A DNA stretch of 64,000 nt from Acidobacteriota bacterium (GCA_963666055.2 CAXWPH010000003.1:128678-192677); one strand, 5' to 3'. Counted from the first letter of the stretch, positions 38,601 to 49,163 are shown. A program made the numbers and translations. Notes: generated by a model not told the origin, from the sequence alone.

Positions 38601-38639
38601 CGTCGCGGAGTCGTCACGCCGGTTTGACTATCGACGTGA

Positions 38640-38805
38640 TTTAGAAGGTAAACGTGATCACCGTAGGCCATCTGCGGCCAAGACTTATTATGTTTAGCTA
38701 AGTTTTTGTTCTTTTTACTTATCTTTGATATGAAATAGTGATTAAATAAGGGCAATAACATGAATTTTATAGTTTAAATGATTAATACTGTCTATTGGAT
38801 TCGTC
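38640..38805 (+). promoter_or_regulatory. Extremely AT-rich upstream regulatory region
   Basis: About 110 nt (38686-38798) dominated by A/T tracts in a high-GC context, directly before the REC-GGDEF-EAL gene. Confidence 0.5.
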
Positions 38806-40614
38806 ATGACCGACTCCGATTGCCGCTGTCCGACAGTGCTGCTGGTCGTCGTCGACGCGCCGATGCGCGCGCTCGCGGCGGCGGCTGCGGCGCCGATAGC
38901 TCGCGTGATCGAGGTGTCGTCGGCGGAGCAGGCCCTTGCCGAGCTCGACAAGGGTTTGCCGGACCTGATCCTCATCGATCCCTGCATGCCGGGAATGGAC
39001 GGTCTCGAGCTCTGCCGCCGTCTGCGCGCCAACGACTCGACGTGCGATCTGCCGGTGTTGATGCTGATCGAGAAGAGCGGCGAGCAGGCGCTGGATCGGG
39101 CATATCAGGCGGGCGTCACCGATTTCGTGGACACGCCGGTCGCCGTTGAGACTCTCCGCCAACGTGTGCGCTACCTGCTGCGCGCCGCCGCCGCCCTCCG
39201 AGAGCTTCGCGACGGTCACACCAGCCTGGCGACGGCGCAACGCCTGGCGTATCGTGACACCCTCACCGGCCTGCCGAACCGACGCCTGTTCGCCGACCGG
39301 CTCGAGCGCGCCTTGGAGGATGCCCGGCAAACGCAGCGGCGCGTCGCTGTGCTGCATCTCGATATCGACCGTTTCAAGACCATCAAAGAGGGTTTCGGAA
39401 ACGACTTCGGCAACCAGCTCCTGCAGCAGGCCGCCGAGCGACTCGCCAGCTGTCTGCGCGTCGACGACACGTTGGCGCGAGGCGCAGACGAGGCAGACCC
39501 GACACTCTCGCGTCTGGCCGGCGACGAGTTCATGGTGGTGCTCTCGGGGCTCGGAGACGGATCCGACCCTGGGCAGATCGCCGGCCGGTTGCTGGAAACC
39601 CTGGCCCGGCCCTTCCGAGTTGACCAGGCCGAGCTGTTGGCCACCGGGAGCATTGGGGTAGCGATCTTTCCCGATGACGGCGAGTGCTGCGACCGGCTGA
39701 TTGAGCGCGCCGGTACGGCGCTCGCGCATGCCAAGGCGCAGGGTGGCAATTGCCATCTCTTCTACAGCGATCGGATGAACAGCGGTGCTGCTTCCAGGCT
39801 CGAGCTTGCCAGTCGCCTGCGCAAGGCGCTCGCCGAGCAGGCGTTCGAGCTTACCTACCAACCGATCTGCAATACCGCATCGGGGCGCGTCGCCAGTGTG
39901 GAAGCTCTACTTCGCTGGGACGATCCGACACACGGCCCGGTATCGCGGTCACGGTTCGTTCAGGTGGCCGAGCAGACGGGGCTCATCCTGCCGTTGGGCG
40001 AGTTGGTGATCGAGCGTGCCTGCAAACAGTGGCGCCACTGGCTCGACGCCGGGGTCGGGCGCGTCGTGATAGCGATCGACCTGTCGGCCCGGCAGTTCCG
40101 GCACGCAGGTTTCGTCGACCGCGTACGGTCAATCGTCGACAAGCATGGTGTCGATCCGAGGTTCCTCCGCTTCGAGATCACCGACGGAGTGCTCATGCGT
40201 TCGACCCCGGGGACAGTCGCCAACACCGAGGCGCTCCGCACCATGGGAATCGGCCTGTCGGTCGACGATTTCGGCATCGGGTACTCGTCGCTCCGCTACC
40301 TGCGACGCTTTCCAGCCGACGTGTTGAAGATCGATCGGTCGTTCTTAGAAGGGGTGCCCGAGAACCAAGAAAACTGCTCCTTGGTGTCGGCGATCATCGC
40401 CATGGCGCACAAGCTCCGCCTGGGAGTGGTCGCCGAGGGTATCGAGAACGAGGCTCAACTACGCTTCGTAGGCGCTCTGGACTGTGAATCGGTGCAGGGC
40501 CCTCTGCTTGGAAAGGCAATGCTCGCGGATGAGATCGAGCCGCTGCTGCGGAGCAAGCTGGAGTTTTCGAGCGGCTCCTCGGTAGTGCCTTTCCGCCGTC
40601 GCGCGGCATCCTAG
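38806..40614 (+). CDS. Response regulator with GGDEF and EAL domains
   Basis: PDLILID..MPGMDG, D.LTGLPNR, AGDEF, VEALLRW, DDFG.GYSSL, LKIDRSF, VAEGIE. Confidence 0.93.
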   Translation: MTDSDCRCPTVLLVVVDAPMRALAAAAAAPIARVIEVSSAEQALAELDKGLPDLILIDPCMPGMDGLELCRRLRANDSTCDLPVLMLIEKSGEQALDRAYQAGVTDFVDTPVAVETLRQRVRYLLRAAAALRELRDGHTSLATAQRLAYRDTLTGLPNRRLFADRLERALEDARQTQRRVAVLHLDIDRFKTIKEGFGNDFGNQLLQQAAERLASCLRVDDTLARGADEADPTLSRLAGDEFMVVLSGLGDGSDPGQIAGRLLETLARPFRVDQAELLATGSIGVAIFPDDGECCDRLIERAGTALAHAKAQGGNCHLFYSDRMNSGAASRLELASRLRKALAEQAFELTYQPICNTASGRVASVEALLRWDDPTHGPVSRSRFVQVAEQTGLILPLGELVIERACKQWRHWLDAGVGRVVIAIDLSARQFRHAGFVDRVRSIVDKHGVDPRFLRFEITDGVLMRSTPGTVANTEALRTMGIGLSVDDFGIGYSSLRYLRRFPADVLKIDRSFLEGVPENQENCSLVSAIIAMAHKLRLGVVAEGIENEAQLRFVGALDCESVQGPLLGKAMLADEIEPLLRSKLEFSSGSSVVPFRRRAAS

Positions 40615-40634
40615 TGTCCTGACTCAGACACTAG
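40611..40634. repeat. Minimal MITE family 2 palindrome
   Basis: CTAGTGTC-CTGACTCA-GACACTAG, similar to 15255-15279; followed by the CAGGCC family-1 end. Confidence 0.6.
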
Positions 40635-40717
40635 CAGGCCCTGGTACCTGCGCCGCGCCATCGGGTTCTGTCCGCCGCGGGGCCGTTCGGCTATGATCCT
40701 GCCGCCGCGCTCGTGCG

Positions 40718-40918
40718 TCAGGCGCGGTTTGGGCCTTGTAGCACACGCGCGGGCAACAGCAACAGGGCGTGCAGCGTCTCGAAGATCGCCGAGACCCCGA
40801 AGCCGATGAGTCTGAACGGCAGCGTCAGTAGCCACACGAACGGGTAGACGATCAGGGCGAGCAGCGCCACCGGCCAGCAGATTACCAGCAGGATCAGCCA
40901 TAAGAAAAACGTCCACAT
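40718..40918 (-). CDS. Small hydrophobic membrane protein
   Basis: 66 aa, CWP.ALLAL..YP.VWLL.LPFRL; AGGAAGG-like RBS upstream. Confidence 0.65.
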   Translation of the reverse strand: MWTFFLWLILLVICWPVALLALIVYPFVWLLTLPFRLIGFGVSAIFETLHALLLLPARVLQGPNRA

Positions 40919-41058
40919 ACTGACCTTCCTCCGCTCCGCCGGCCGCGCAGTGTTCTGCGGCCAGCCCGTTGCCTACCTATGTTAGACGCAGCGTTGGCGG
41001 CGGAGTTTCAACAACGCGGAGACCGCCGTGTATCGACGACTCGGAGCCCTTGCCTGTG

Positions 41059-41949
41059 TCCCGCGCCGACGGGCTATCGCACAGTAGCTACATCCATCTG
41101 GTCGAGACGCTCGGTGAGCCCTATGCGGGAAGGCTGGTGTCGGCCGAGAAGCTGATCTCCGATTTCCGCTCCCGGCGTGTTGCCAGCGAGATCATCGCCT
41201 TTGCGGAGGCCGGCGAGATTTCGCGTGAGATCGCCGAACGAGCGCTGTCGAACGAGGTCATCACGCCGGGCGTAACGGCGTTGGAGGATGTCGCCTGGTG
41301 GATCATGGACGAGCTTCTGGACCGCGGCCTGGAGACCTCGTTCGACTTTCCGTCCGTCTACATCACCGGCCCCGAGGGGATTGTCGCGACCTCCAACGAG
41401 CGCATCATCCAGCGTGGCGATCTGCTGATGATCGACTGGGGCGTCGGCTTCCTGAACATGTACACGGACATGAAGCGCATCGCCTATGTGCTTGGCGACG
41501 GGGAGGTGGCGGTACCGGCGGGCATCCAGAACGCCTTCGATCGTGCCCGTGAGGTGCGGGAGATCATTCGTCGCACCATCAAGCCCGGCCCGACCGCGGC
41601 CGACATGCTCGAACGCCTCCACGACGAGATCACCGCCGGCGGGTTCGAGATGATGAAGGAGTTCAATGTCACCTCGGGGAGCGACCAGACCGAGGTAATC
41701 GTTGGCTGTCACTCGGTGGGCAACCTCGGCCATGGCGTCGGACCGTCGATCGCCTGGTTCAACCCGTTGCGGCTGAGCTTCGAAATCCAGCCGACGAACC
41801 TTTTTTCCATCGAGCTATTCGCGTACACGGCGGCTCCCGAATGGGGAGGTGCGAAGGTCAGAATCCCGCTGGAGGACGATGCCATCGTCACCGAGCGCGG
41901 CGTGGAGTGGCTGTATCCGGCCAACGACCGTATTCTGCTGGTGCGCTGA
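41059..41949 (+). pseudogene. M24 (Xaa-Pro) metallopeptidase, apparently 5'-truncated
   Basis: D.G...YTD, H..G..GHG.G, FSIE, LEDD metal ligands present; no good start or N-terminal domain before ADGLSH. Confidence 0.65.
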
Positions 41950-42099
41950 CGCCGGGCGGCAACCGTACCCCGGACAATCAGCGCCGTCCCATCCAGTGGC
42001 CTCGGCGGATCCCAATCGCGACGAAAAGCATCGGCGATGGGGCCTGCCCGGCGGGTGTAGACTCCGCCGGTCGCTCGACCCGCAGCAGAGGTACCGATC

Positions 42100-42633
42100 T
42101 TGGGCTTCGTTCGTCTAGTCGACGCGCTCAACGAGAGGATCGGCCGCGCCGTATCCTGGCTCGTTCTCGCCATGGTGGTGATTGGGGCCTACAACGCGCT
42201 GGCGCGATACGCGGGTCGCTGGATCGGCATCAACCTGAGCTCGAACTCGTACCTGGAAATGCAGTGGTACTTGTTCAGCCTGGTTTTCTTGCTCGGTGCT
42301 GCCTACGCGCTCAAGCACGACGACCACGTTCGCGTCGACGTGCTGTACACACGTTTGTCGAAACGCGCCAAGCTGTGGGTTGACCTCGTCGGTACGATTG
42401 TCCTGATGTTGCCGTTTGCGATCTTCTGTATCTGGGCGAGCATACCCACGGTGCTCAACTCCTGGTCGATTCGCGAGGCCTCACCCGATCCCGGGGGGTT
42501 ACCACGCTACCCCATCAAGATGATGATTCTGGTGGCGTTCGGGCTGCTGCTCCTGCAGGGGATGGCGGAAGTGATCCGCAAGGCCACGCTGCTACGTGGC
42601 GGGTCGGATTCTGAGCGCGAGGAAGACCAGTGA
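42100..42633 (+). CDS. TRAP transporter small permease (DctQ)
   Basis: E.QWYLF, HVRVD, S.DPGGLP. Confidence 0.92.
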   Translation: MGFVRLVDALNERIGRAVSWLVLAMVVIGAYNALARYAGRWIGINLSSNSYLEMQWYLFSLVFLLGAAYALKHDDHVRVDVLYTRLSKRAKLWVDLVGTIVLMLPFAIFCIWASIPTVLNSWSIREASPDPGGLPRYPIKMMILVAFGLLLLQGMAEVIRKATLLRGGSDSEREEDQ

Positions 42634-43952
42634 CGGGTGACTCGCTCCCCATCCTGATGTTCGTCGTTCTGTTGCTGATGATCTTCACAGGCTTCCCGGT
42701 GGCATTCGCGATCGGCGGTACAGCCGTGATCTTCGCGTTCGTCGGAGTTGCAGCAGGATATTTCGACTGGCCGCTCCTGCTGGCCATGCCGGAGCGCATC
42801 TTCGGCATCATGTCCAACTTCGTGCTGCTGGCCGTGCCGTTCTTTATCTTCATGGGAACGGTGCTGGAAAAGTCCGGGCTCGCCGAGGACCTGCTCAAGA
42901 CCATCGGCAAGCTGTTCGGCCCACTGCGCGGCGGGCTGGCCCTGGCATCGGTCTTCGTCGGTGCGCTGCTGGCGGCTGCGGTCGGGGTGGTAGGCGCATC
43001 AGTAGTGATGATGGGTCTGATATCGCTGCCCGTCATGTTGCACTATCGATACTCACCGGAGCTGTCGGCCGGGGTGATCGCGGCGTCCGGAACGCTCGGC
43101 CAGATCATCCCGCCCAGCATCGTGCTCATCGTCCTCGCTGACCAGATGGGAATTTCCGTCGGGTCGCTATTTATCGGCGCTCTGCTGCCTGGCCTGTTGT
43201 TGGCGGGAATGTACGCGGCGTATGTTGTCGGCGTCGCCATCTTCAATCCGGCCGCCGTGCCTGCTTTGCCGCCCGAGGACCGCGAGCGGCTGGGCTGGCC
43301 GCTGTTGCGCAAAGTGGGCCTGGTATTGTTGCCGCCGTTGGCGCTCATTCTGGTGGTTCTGGGAAGCGTGTTCGCAGGCGTCGCCACCCCCACAGAGGCC
43401 GGTGCTTTGGGCGCGGTGGGTGCAATGATGCTCGCCTGGCTCAACGGGCGCCTGTCGATTTCGGCAGTGCGACAAGCGCTTGACCACACCACCCGCCTGA
43501 CGTCCATGGTGCTGTTCCTGCTCATCGGATCAACGGCGTTCACACTGGTTTTTCGTGGTGTCTACGGCGATATCTGGATCGAGGAGCTGCTGACCAATCT
43601 TCCGGGTGGCCCCATCGGGTTTCTCGTCGCCGCCAACCTGACCGTCTTCGTCCTCGGTTTCTTTATCGACTTCTTCGAGATCACCTTCATCATCGTGCCG
43701 TTGCTGGTCCCGGCTGCTGCTCTCCTGGGCTTCGATCTCGTGTGGTTCGCGGTGATGATCGCGGTCAACATGCAGACGTCGTTTCTGACGCCGCCGTTCG
43801 GGTTCGCGCTCTTTTATCTGCGCGGTGTTGCTCCGCCAGAGGTGCGGACGACCCAGATCTATCGCGGCGTGGTGCCCTTCATCATCATCCAGCTCATCGG
43901 ACTGCTGCTGATCATCATCTACCCCGGCATCGTCACCGTGCTGCTGGACTGA
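42630..43952 (+). CDS. TRAP transporter large permease (DctM)
   Basis: AVPFFIFMG, GTLGQIIPPS, TPTEA, FLTPPFG. Confidence 0.95.
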   Translation: MTGDSLPILMFVVLLLMIFTGFPVAFAIGGTAVIFAFVGVAAGYFDWPLLLAMPERIFGIMSNFVLLAVPFFIFMGTVLEKSGLAEDLLKTIGKLFGPLRGGLALASVFVGALLAAAVGVVGASVVMMGLISLPVMLHYRYSPELSAGVIAASGTLGQIIPPSIVLIVLADQMGISVGSLFIGALLPGLLLAGMYAAYVVGVAIFNPAAVPALPPEDRERLGWPLLRKVGLVLLPPLALILVVLGSVFAGVATPTEAGALGAVGAMMLAWLNGRLSISAVRQALDHTTRLTSMVLFLLIGSTAFTLVFRGVYGDIWIEELLTNLPGGPIGFLVAANLTVFVLGFFIDFFEITFIIVPLLVPAAALLGFDLVWFAVMIAVNMQTSFLTPPFGFALFYLRGVAPPEVRTTQIYRGVVPFIIIQLIGLLLIIIYPGIVTVLLD

Positions 43953-43988
43953 CGGCAGGCGGCGCGGCGAGGACGTCGAGGATGCGGG

Positions 43989-45178
43989 TCAGTTCGCCCG
44001 AATGACGAAGAGGCCGCGCTGGACATCCGATACGATGAGGTTGCCGCTCGGGAAGCCTGCGTAGACCCCCCAGGCGCCGTTGAACGTGGCGTTCTCGCCC
44101 TCCGGATACGTATCGAAGTAGCCGCGCGCCTTGAGCTTGCGTGGGTTCTCGACATCGATCACCCGCAAGCCGCCTTCGTAGGCGGAAACGTACATACGGT
44201 CGCCCTGAATCATCGAGTTGTGATCGATAACGGGAGATCCCAGGCGATAGTGTCGGTAAGTACCGGACGCTCCAGGTCGCCAACGCGCACGACGTAGGTG
44301 GTCATACGATCGACTTTCGGATTGGTGCGTTCGTCGAGCTCATCGTTGACGTACAGAAAGCGGCCGTTGGCGCTGAGCGATCCGCTATGGCCGTACGTGG
44401 CGTTCTCATACTTCAGATGGGCGAGCGTGGTGGGGTTGGTTTTGTCGGTGACGTCGATGATGTGCAGGCCGAGCCGGCCCGTGAAAGCGAAGGCGATCTC
44501 GCGACCCTTGTTCCTACCTTTCTTGTAGGTGGTGACATAAGCGTCGTGGACGTATGCGACTTCCCAGTTGCTACGCTCCAGTCGCGGGTTCGCCGGGTCG
44601 CTTAGGTCTACCGCGAGCAGGCCGCCCCGGGCGATGTTGGAGCCCAAGACGTAGGCGTATCCGCTGTCCTCGTTGACGAAGATGTTGTGGGCATGGAAGA
44701 GGCCCGCGTCGGTCACCGTTCGTAGCAGCGAAACGGTGCCGTCCTCGATCCGCGACAGGTCGATCACCTGAATGCCGTCGCCGCTTTCGTTGATCGAATA
44801 GGCGTAGCTCTGGTACACCGCCATATCGCGCCAGTCGGAGGTCGCGCCTCCGATGACGCCCACGACTCGCGGGTTGGCCGGATCTGTGATCTCGACAAAG
44901 ACGGTGCCGGTCTGCAGGCCGATGATGGCGAACTCGCGACCGCTGGGCGACGTATAGCCCCAGATGTCGCTGGTGTTTGTCGGCACACCGATCATGTCGG
45001 TGCTCGACATCGACGACAGCATGACGGCGCCCTGCGAGGCGAATACGGGGTCAACGGATCTCGAGTCGACGCGCGCCGAGCGGCCGGCGCCGGGGGGCTG
45101 TTGTGTGGCATACGGGGCGGTGACCGATGCTGCGCTGAGCAGCACCGCCGCGGCGGCCAGGAAGCGGCCTCTATACAT
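43989..45178 (-). CDS. Choice-of-anchor B / LVIVD family protein, frameshifted near 44232
   Basis: DIWGY, AHNI..NE.SG.AY, YVHD, NDELDE; continues IDHN...Y..GLRV.D..YFDTYP..GAWGVY..FPSGN in another frame (one base missing). Confidence 0.8.
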
Positions 45179-45226
45179 GAACCGAGTCTCGACTTTCGCA
45201 GGGGCTACAGCCAGTGTAGCAGGCGC

Positions 45227-46357
45227 TCAGTCGCCGTACTCGAAGGCGAAGCTGGTGAACTCGGTCTCGACCGTCTTGAACCACCGATAGGAGCTGGTGC
45301 GGAACTGTCGCCACTGCTCGTAGATCGTCCGATACGCCGCGTCGGCCGAGGCCTGTTCCTCGTACAGATCGAACGAGGCTCGATAGGCGGCTTCCATGAC
45401 GTCGCGCGGGAAGGTGCGGAGCTGTATGCCGGCCGCGATCAATCGTTCGAGGGCCGGTGGGTTGAGCCGGTCGTAGCGGGCGGTCATCGTCATCGCCGCG
45501 TCCATCATCGCGCCGCGGAGTATTTCCTGATACGTCGTCGGAAGTGTCTCCCAGGCATCGCGGTTCACATAGAACGAGATGCTCGGTCCCGGTTCCCACC
45601 AGCCCGGCGAGTAGTAATTGTTGGCTACCTGATGTAGGCCCAACCTCTCGTCATCGTGTGGACCGACCCACTCAGTGGCGTCAATGGCGCCGCGCTCCAA
45701 CGCTTGATAGATCTCGCCGCCGGCGAGCACCTGTACGGCCACGCCCAACCGGCTCATGACCTCGCCGCCCAGTCCCGGAATGCGCATCTTGAGCCCGCCG
45801 AGATCCGAGAGTTGGGTAATCTGGCGGCGAAACCAGCCGCCCATCTGGGCGCCGGTGGAACCGGCCGGAAAATTGATGATGTTGAAATCGGCGAACAGCT
45901 CACGTGTGAGCTCGAGCCCGCCGCCCTCGTACAACCAAGCGAACTGTTGTCTCGTGGTGAGGCCGAACGGGACGCCCGTGTCGAACGCCAGCGCCGGGTT
46001 CTTGCCCGTGTAGTAGTAGCTCGTTGTCTCGCCGAGTTGCACGGTGCCCTGCTGAACCGCGTCGAGCACTTGCAGCGCCGGAACGATCTCGCCGGCGGGG
46101 TATGGACGAATCGTGAAGCGGCCGTCCGACATCAGGCTGACTCGCTCGGCCAGGTAGTCGTTGATTCCGTACAGCGTATCGAGGCTGCGCGGGAAGCTGG
46201 ATGCCAGACGCCAGCGCACGTTGGGTTGAGTGTGAACGGCCGGTCCGCCGGCGTCGTCGCCGGCGCCAGCGCAGGCACCGAGTGCCGCGGCTCCGGCCAC
46301 CGCGCCGGTCGCCCGGGTAACGAAGCTCCGTCGATCGATGCGGTTCTGCTTGCTCAT
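45227..46357 (-). CDS. TRAP solute-binding protein (DctP/TakP type), Tat-exported
   Basis: RRSF Tat motif, WRLASSFP, QMGGWFR, KMRIPG, EWVGP.DD, PGWWEP. Confidence 0.93.
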   Translation of the reverse strand: MSKQNRIDRRSFVTRATGAVAGAAALGACAGAGDDAGGPAVHTQPNVRWRLASSFPRSLDTLYGINDYLAERVSLMSDGRFTIRPYPAGEIVPALQVLDAVQQGTVQLGETTSYYYTGKNPALAFDTGVPFGLTTRQQFAWLYEGGGLELTRELFADFNIINFPAGSTGAQMGGWFRRQITQLSDLGGLKMRIPGLGGEVMSRLGVAVQVLAGGEIYQALERGAIDATEWVGPHDDERLGLHQVANNYYSPGWWEPGPSISFYVNRDAWETLPTTYQEILRGAMMDAAMTMTARYDRLNPPALERLIAAGIQLRTFPRDVMEAAYRASFDLYEEQASADAAYRTIYEQWRQFRTSSYRWFKTVETEFTSFAFEYGD

Positions 46358-46468
46358 GTGGACTCGGTCAGGGGGGGAGTTCAGAAGGAGGGAGGCTCAG
46401 GTTATCACTCGCTGAAACGATCGACGCCGCCGCGCCAGGGATCCACGGTGACGTCCAAGAGCGTCAAC

Positions 46469-47272
46469 GGTACTGTCAGGTTAACCGGCAGCCTGGCACA
46501 GTCCGGCGATGAGCAACGACCGGCAACGCTACCATCGACATCGCTTTCCGCCAGAAATCATCAGCCACGCCGTGTGGCTATATCACCGCTTCTGCCTGAG
46601 CCTCCGCGACGTCGAGGATCTCTTGGCGAAGCGAGGTGTGACGGTCTCGCACGAGGCAATCCGGTGCTGGTGCGTCAAGTTCGGGCCCAAGTATGCGGCT
46701 AGGCTACGGCGTCGGCAGGGCCGGCTGGGTGACACGTGGTTTCTGGACGAGGTGTTCGTCACGATCCGCGGGGAACGCCACTATCTGTGGCGTGCAGTCG
46801 ATCAAGACGGCGACGTGATCGACATCTTGGTCCAACGACGTCGCAACGCTTACGCTGCCAAGCGTTTCTTTCGGAAGCTGTTGAAGGGGCAGGGGAGCGA
46901 ACCTCGATGGTTGATCACCGACAAGCTCGGAAGCTACGGGGCGGCGCACAGGAGTGTGATGCCTTCGGTGGAGCATGTCACAGCGTGCTACGCGAACAAC
47001 CGAGCAGAGGTCTCGCATCAGCCGACCCGGCAAAGAGAGAGGCAGATGCGCGGGTTTAAATCCGCTGCTCAAGCTCAGCGGTTTCTGTCCGTGCACGGCG
47101 CTATCCGGAACCTCTTCAGCCTGAGCCGGCATCGATTACGATCAGTGAACTATCGGATGCTTCGAGGGCGGTCCTTTGGGACCTGGGGCGAGGTAGTCAC
47201 CGCCTGAGGCAAGGCGGCTCTAGGCCGCAGCTCGCCCGGAGCCGAGCGTCGCGTCCTTAACTTGACAGTGCC
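46469..47272 (+). mobile_element. IS6 family insertion sequence
   Basis: IRL GGTACTGTCAGGTTAA (46469-46484) and IRR TTAACTTGACAGTGCC (47257-47272), 14/16 match; no target duplication. Confidence 0.93.
46509..47207 (+). CDS. IS6 family DDE transposase
   Basis: HRFP.EII..AVWLY.RF.LSLRDVE, W.LDEV, YLWRAVD, ITDK, NNRAE.SH, FKS...AQRFL. Confidence 0.96.
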   Translation: MSNDRQRYHRHRFPPEIISHAVWLYHRFCLSLRDVEDLLAKRGVTVSHEAIRCWCVKFGPKYAARLRRRQGRLGDTWFLDEVFVTIRGERHYLWRAVDQDGDVIDILVQRRRNAYAAKRFFRKLLKGQGSEPRWLITDKLGSYGAAHRSVMPSVEHVTACYANNRAEVSHQPTRQRERQMRGFKSAAQAQRFLSVHGAIRNLFSLSRHRLRSVNYRMLRGRSFGTWGEVVTA

Positions 47273-47522
47273 CCTCGCCTCGCTGAAGCTTTCGGGACTC
47301 GATGGCTGGAACCCGGCGCCGTTCCGCAGCGCGCCCCTGCGAGGCGAGCTGCGTCTCAAATCGGGGCACATCCGCGGCGTCAATACGCTCAGCGGTTTGG
47401 TTCACACAGATAGCGGCAAGACGCTGGTGTTCTGCGCCATGATCAACGACCATCGTGCCCAGCAGTGGGAAGTCGACCAACGCATGGCAGAAATCGCCAC
47501 CGTTCTGATACGCACATACTAG
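47273..47522 (+). pseudogene. dacB: D-Ala-D-Ala carboxypeptidase (PBP4/DacB) C-terminal fragment
   Basis: SL..SG.DG...KSG.I.GV.TLSG.V....G..LVF..MIN (KTG-type motif); begins at the IS6 right end. Confidence 0.7.
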
Positions 47523-47636
47523 CGACCTATAACAGATGATCGTTGCGTATCGTGGGTCCTGACTAACAGGACACCGGCAGGCCGTGGTGGAAATGTCGTG
47601 GGCCTGGCAACAGGGTCTTGCGAGGCGGAGGCAAGG
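47519..47636 (+). mobile_element. Degenerate MITE family 2 copy plus family 1 left-end fragment
   Basis: CTAGCGACCTATAACAGA...AACAGGACACCGG, then CAGGCCGTGGTGGAAATG..GGGCCTGGCAACAGGGTCTTGCGAGGCGGAGGCAAGG. Confidence 0.7.
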
Positions 47637-48242
47637 TTGCACGTCGAGGTTCCCGAGCACACCGTCGCGGAGACAGTTTCTGTTGACCCGGCTCGTACCG
47701 GGTTAGTCATCGTCGACATGCAGAACGACTTCGTGCGCCCGGACGGCAAGCTGCCCGTGCCAGGCGCCGAGGAGACGATTCCCGCCATACGAGCACTGTT
47801 GGATTTCGCTCGCCAGCACGGCCTCCATGTCATCTATACGCAGGACTCACACGAAGCGGAGGACCCCGAGTTCGAGATATGGGGCGAGCACGCTCTGGTG
47901 GGCTCGCCAGGCTGGGAGATCGTCGATGAGCTCGAGCCCCAACCGGCCGCCGGCGACAAGGTGTTCCCCAAGGACCGCTACGACGGCTTTTTTCGAACAA
48001 AGCTCGAGACCACACTCGAGCAGTTGGGCATCGACACGCTGATCATCTGCGGCACAGTGGCCAACATTTGCGTGTTGTCTACCGCCGCCAGCGCCGCCAT
48101 CCGTTGGTTCCATGTGATCCTGCCGGTCGACGCAGTATCGGCAATCACCGAATTCGATATGCAGCTCACGATCAGGCAGGTCGCATTCCTGTTCCAGGGG
48201 ACGATCACCACAGCCGCCGCGCTGCAGACGGCAACAGGCTAG
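47637..48242 (+). CDS. Cysteine hydrolase (isochorismatase family)
   Basis: VDMQNDF, K.RYDGF..T, G.VANICV catalytic Cys; start uncertain (TTG at 47637). Confidence 0.88.
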   Translation: MHVEVPEHTVAETVSVDPARTGLVIVDMQNDFVRPDGKLPVPGAEETIPAIRALLDFARQHGLHVIYTQDSHEAEDPEFEIWGEHALVGSPGWEIVDELEPQPAAGDKVFPKDRYDGFFRTKLETTLEQLGIDTLIICGTVANICVLSTAASAAIRWFHVILPVDAVSAITEFDMQLTIRQVAFLFQGTITTAAALQTATG

Positions 48243-48353
48243 CGCCGATCGCACGACGAGCCGGGGCCGCTCCGGGATAGCTGCGTGGACTGCGCGGATG
48301 GAATCGACGAGCGGATCGGCGGCGCGCTCGCCGGGCCGGTTGGCGACTCGCTG

Positions 48354-49157
48354 TCAGATGAGCCGATCCGCACGCGTGTAAGCGACCATACGTGTCCCGC
48401 GGACAAAGCCGATTAGCGTCATCGATTTATCCCTGGCCAGCTCGATCGCCAGGCTCGAGGCAGCGGAAACACCGGCAACAACCGGCACGCGAGCCACAAT
48501 GGCCTTTTGAACGATCTCGAACGACTGTCGACCCGACACAATAAGCATGTGGCCGGTCAGCGGAAGCAGATCGTGCAGGTAAGCGTAGCCGATCACTTTG
48601 TCGACGGCGTTGTGGCGTCCCACATCCTCGCGCGCCACAATCAGCTCGCCGTCCCGCGAGAACAACCCTGCGGCATGCAAGCCGCCCGTCGCCGAGAACA
48701 CCTCCTGCCGATCGCGGAGCGCCGGCACTGCCGCCGTAATGTGTTCGCGTCGGAAGGTCGTAGAATCCTCCAGCACCGGCGCTATGACGTAGATCGCATC
48801 AATACTCGCCTTGCCGCACACCCCGCACGACGACGAGGCGTAGAAGTTGCGGTCCCAGTCGCCGGCCGGCTCCACCCCCGGCACCAGACGCACCTCGACG
48901 ATATTCTCTGGGTTCAACACGTCAGGGTCGGCACAGGCGCTGATAGAGCCTATGTCCCCGGCGTTTACGATTCCCTCGCTGTAGAGGAATCCCGCAGCGA
49001 GCTCGCGATCGTGACCCGGCGTCCGCATGACCACCGCCACCGGCTCACGGCCGAGCCTGATCTCGCAGGGCTCCTCCACGGCCACGTGGTCATCCACCTG
49101 TTCGACGACATCCCCGTCGCAACGCTCCACCGGTACGATGACACTGGACTCTTCCAT
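48354..49157 (-). CDS. fdhD: Formate dehydrogenase accessory sulfurtransferase
   Basis: MRTPG.D.ELA.GFL.SEG, SSCGVCG, TGGLHAA, EDVGRHNAVDK. Confidence 0.96.
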   Translation of the reverse strand: MEESSVIVPVERCDGDVVEQVDDHVAVEEPCEIRLGREPVAVVMRTPGHDRELAAGFLYSEGIVNAGDIGSISACADPDVLNPENIVEVRLVPGVEPAGDWDRNFYASSSCGVCGKASIDAIYVIAPVLEDSTTFRREHITAAVPALRDRQEVFSATGGLHAAGLFSRDGELIVAREDVGRHNAVDKVIGYAYLHDLLPLTGHMLIVSGRQSFEIVQKAIVARVPVVAGVSAASSLAIELARDKSMTLIGFVRGTRMVAYTRADRLI

Positions 49158-49163
49158 AACGCC

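Noticed and set aside
44220-44240. Programmed frameshift in the choice-of-anchor B gene
   Set aside because: A single missing base in a short C/G run, same error type as at 3329; no recoding signal.
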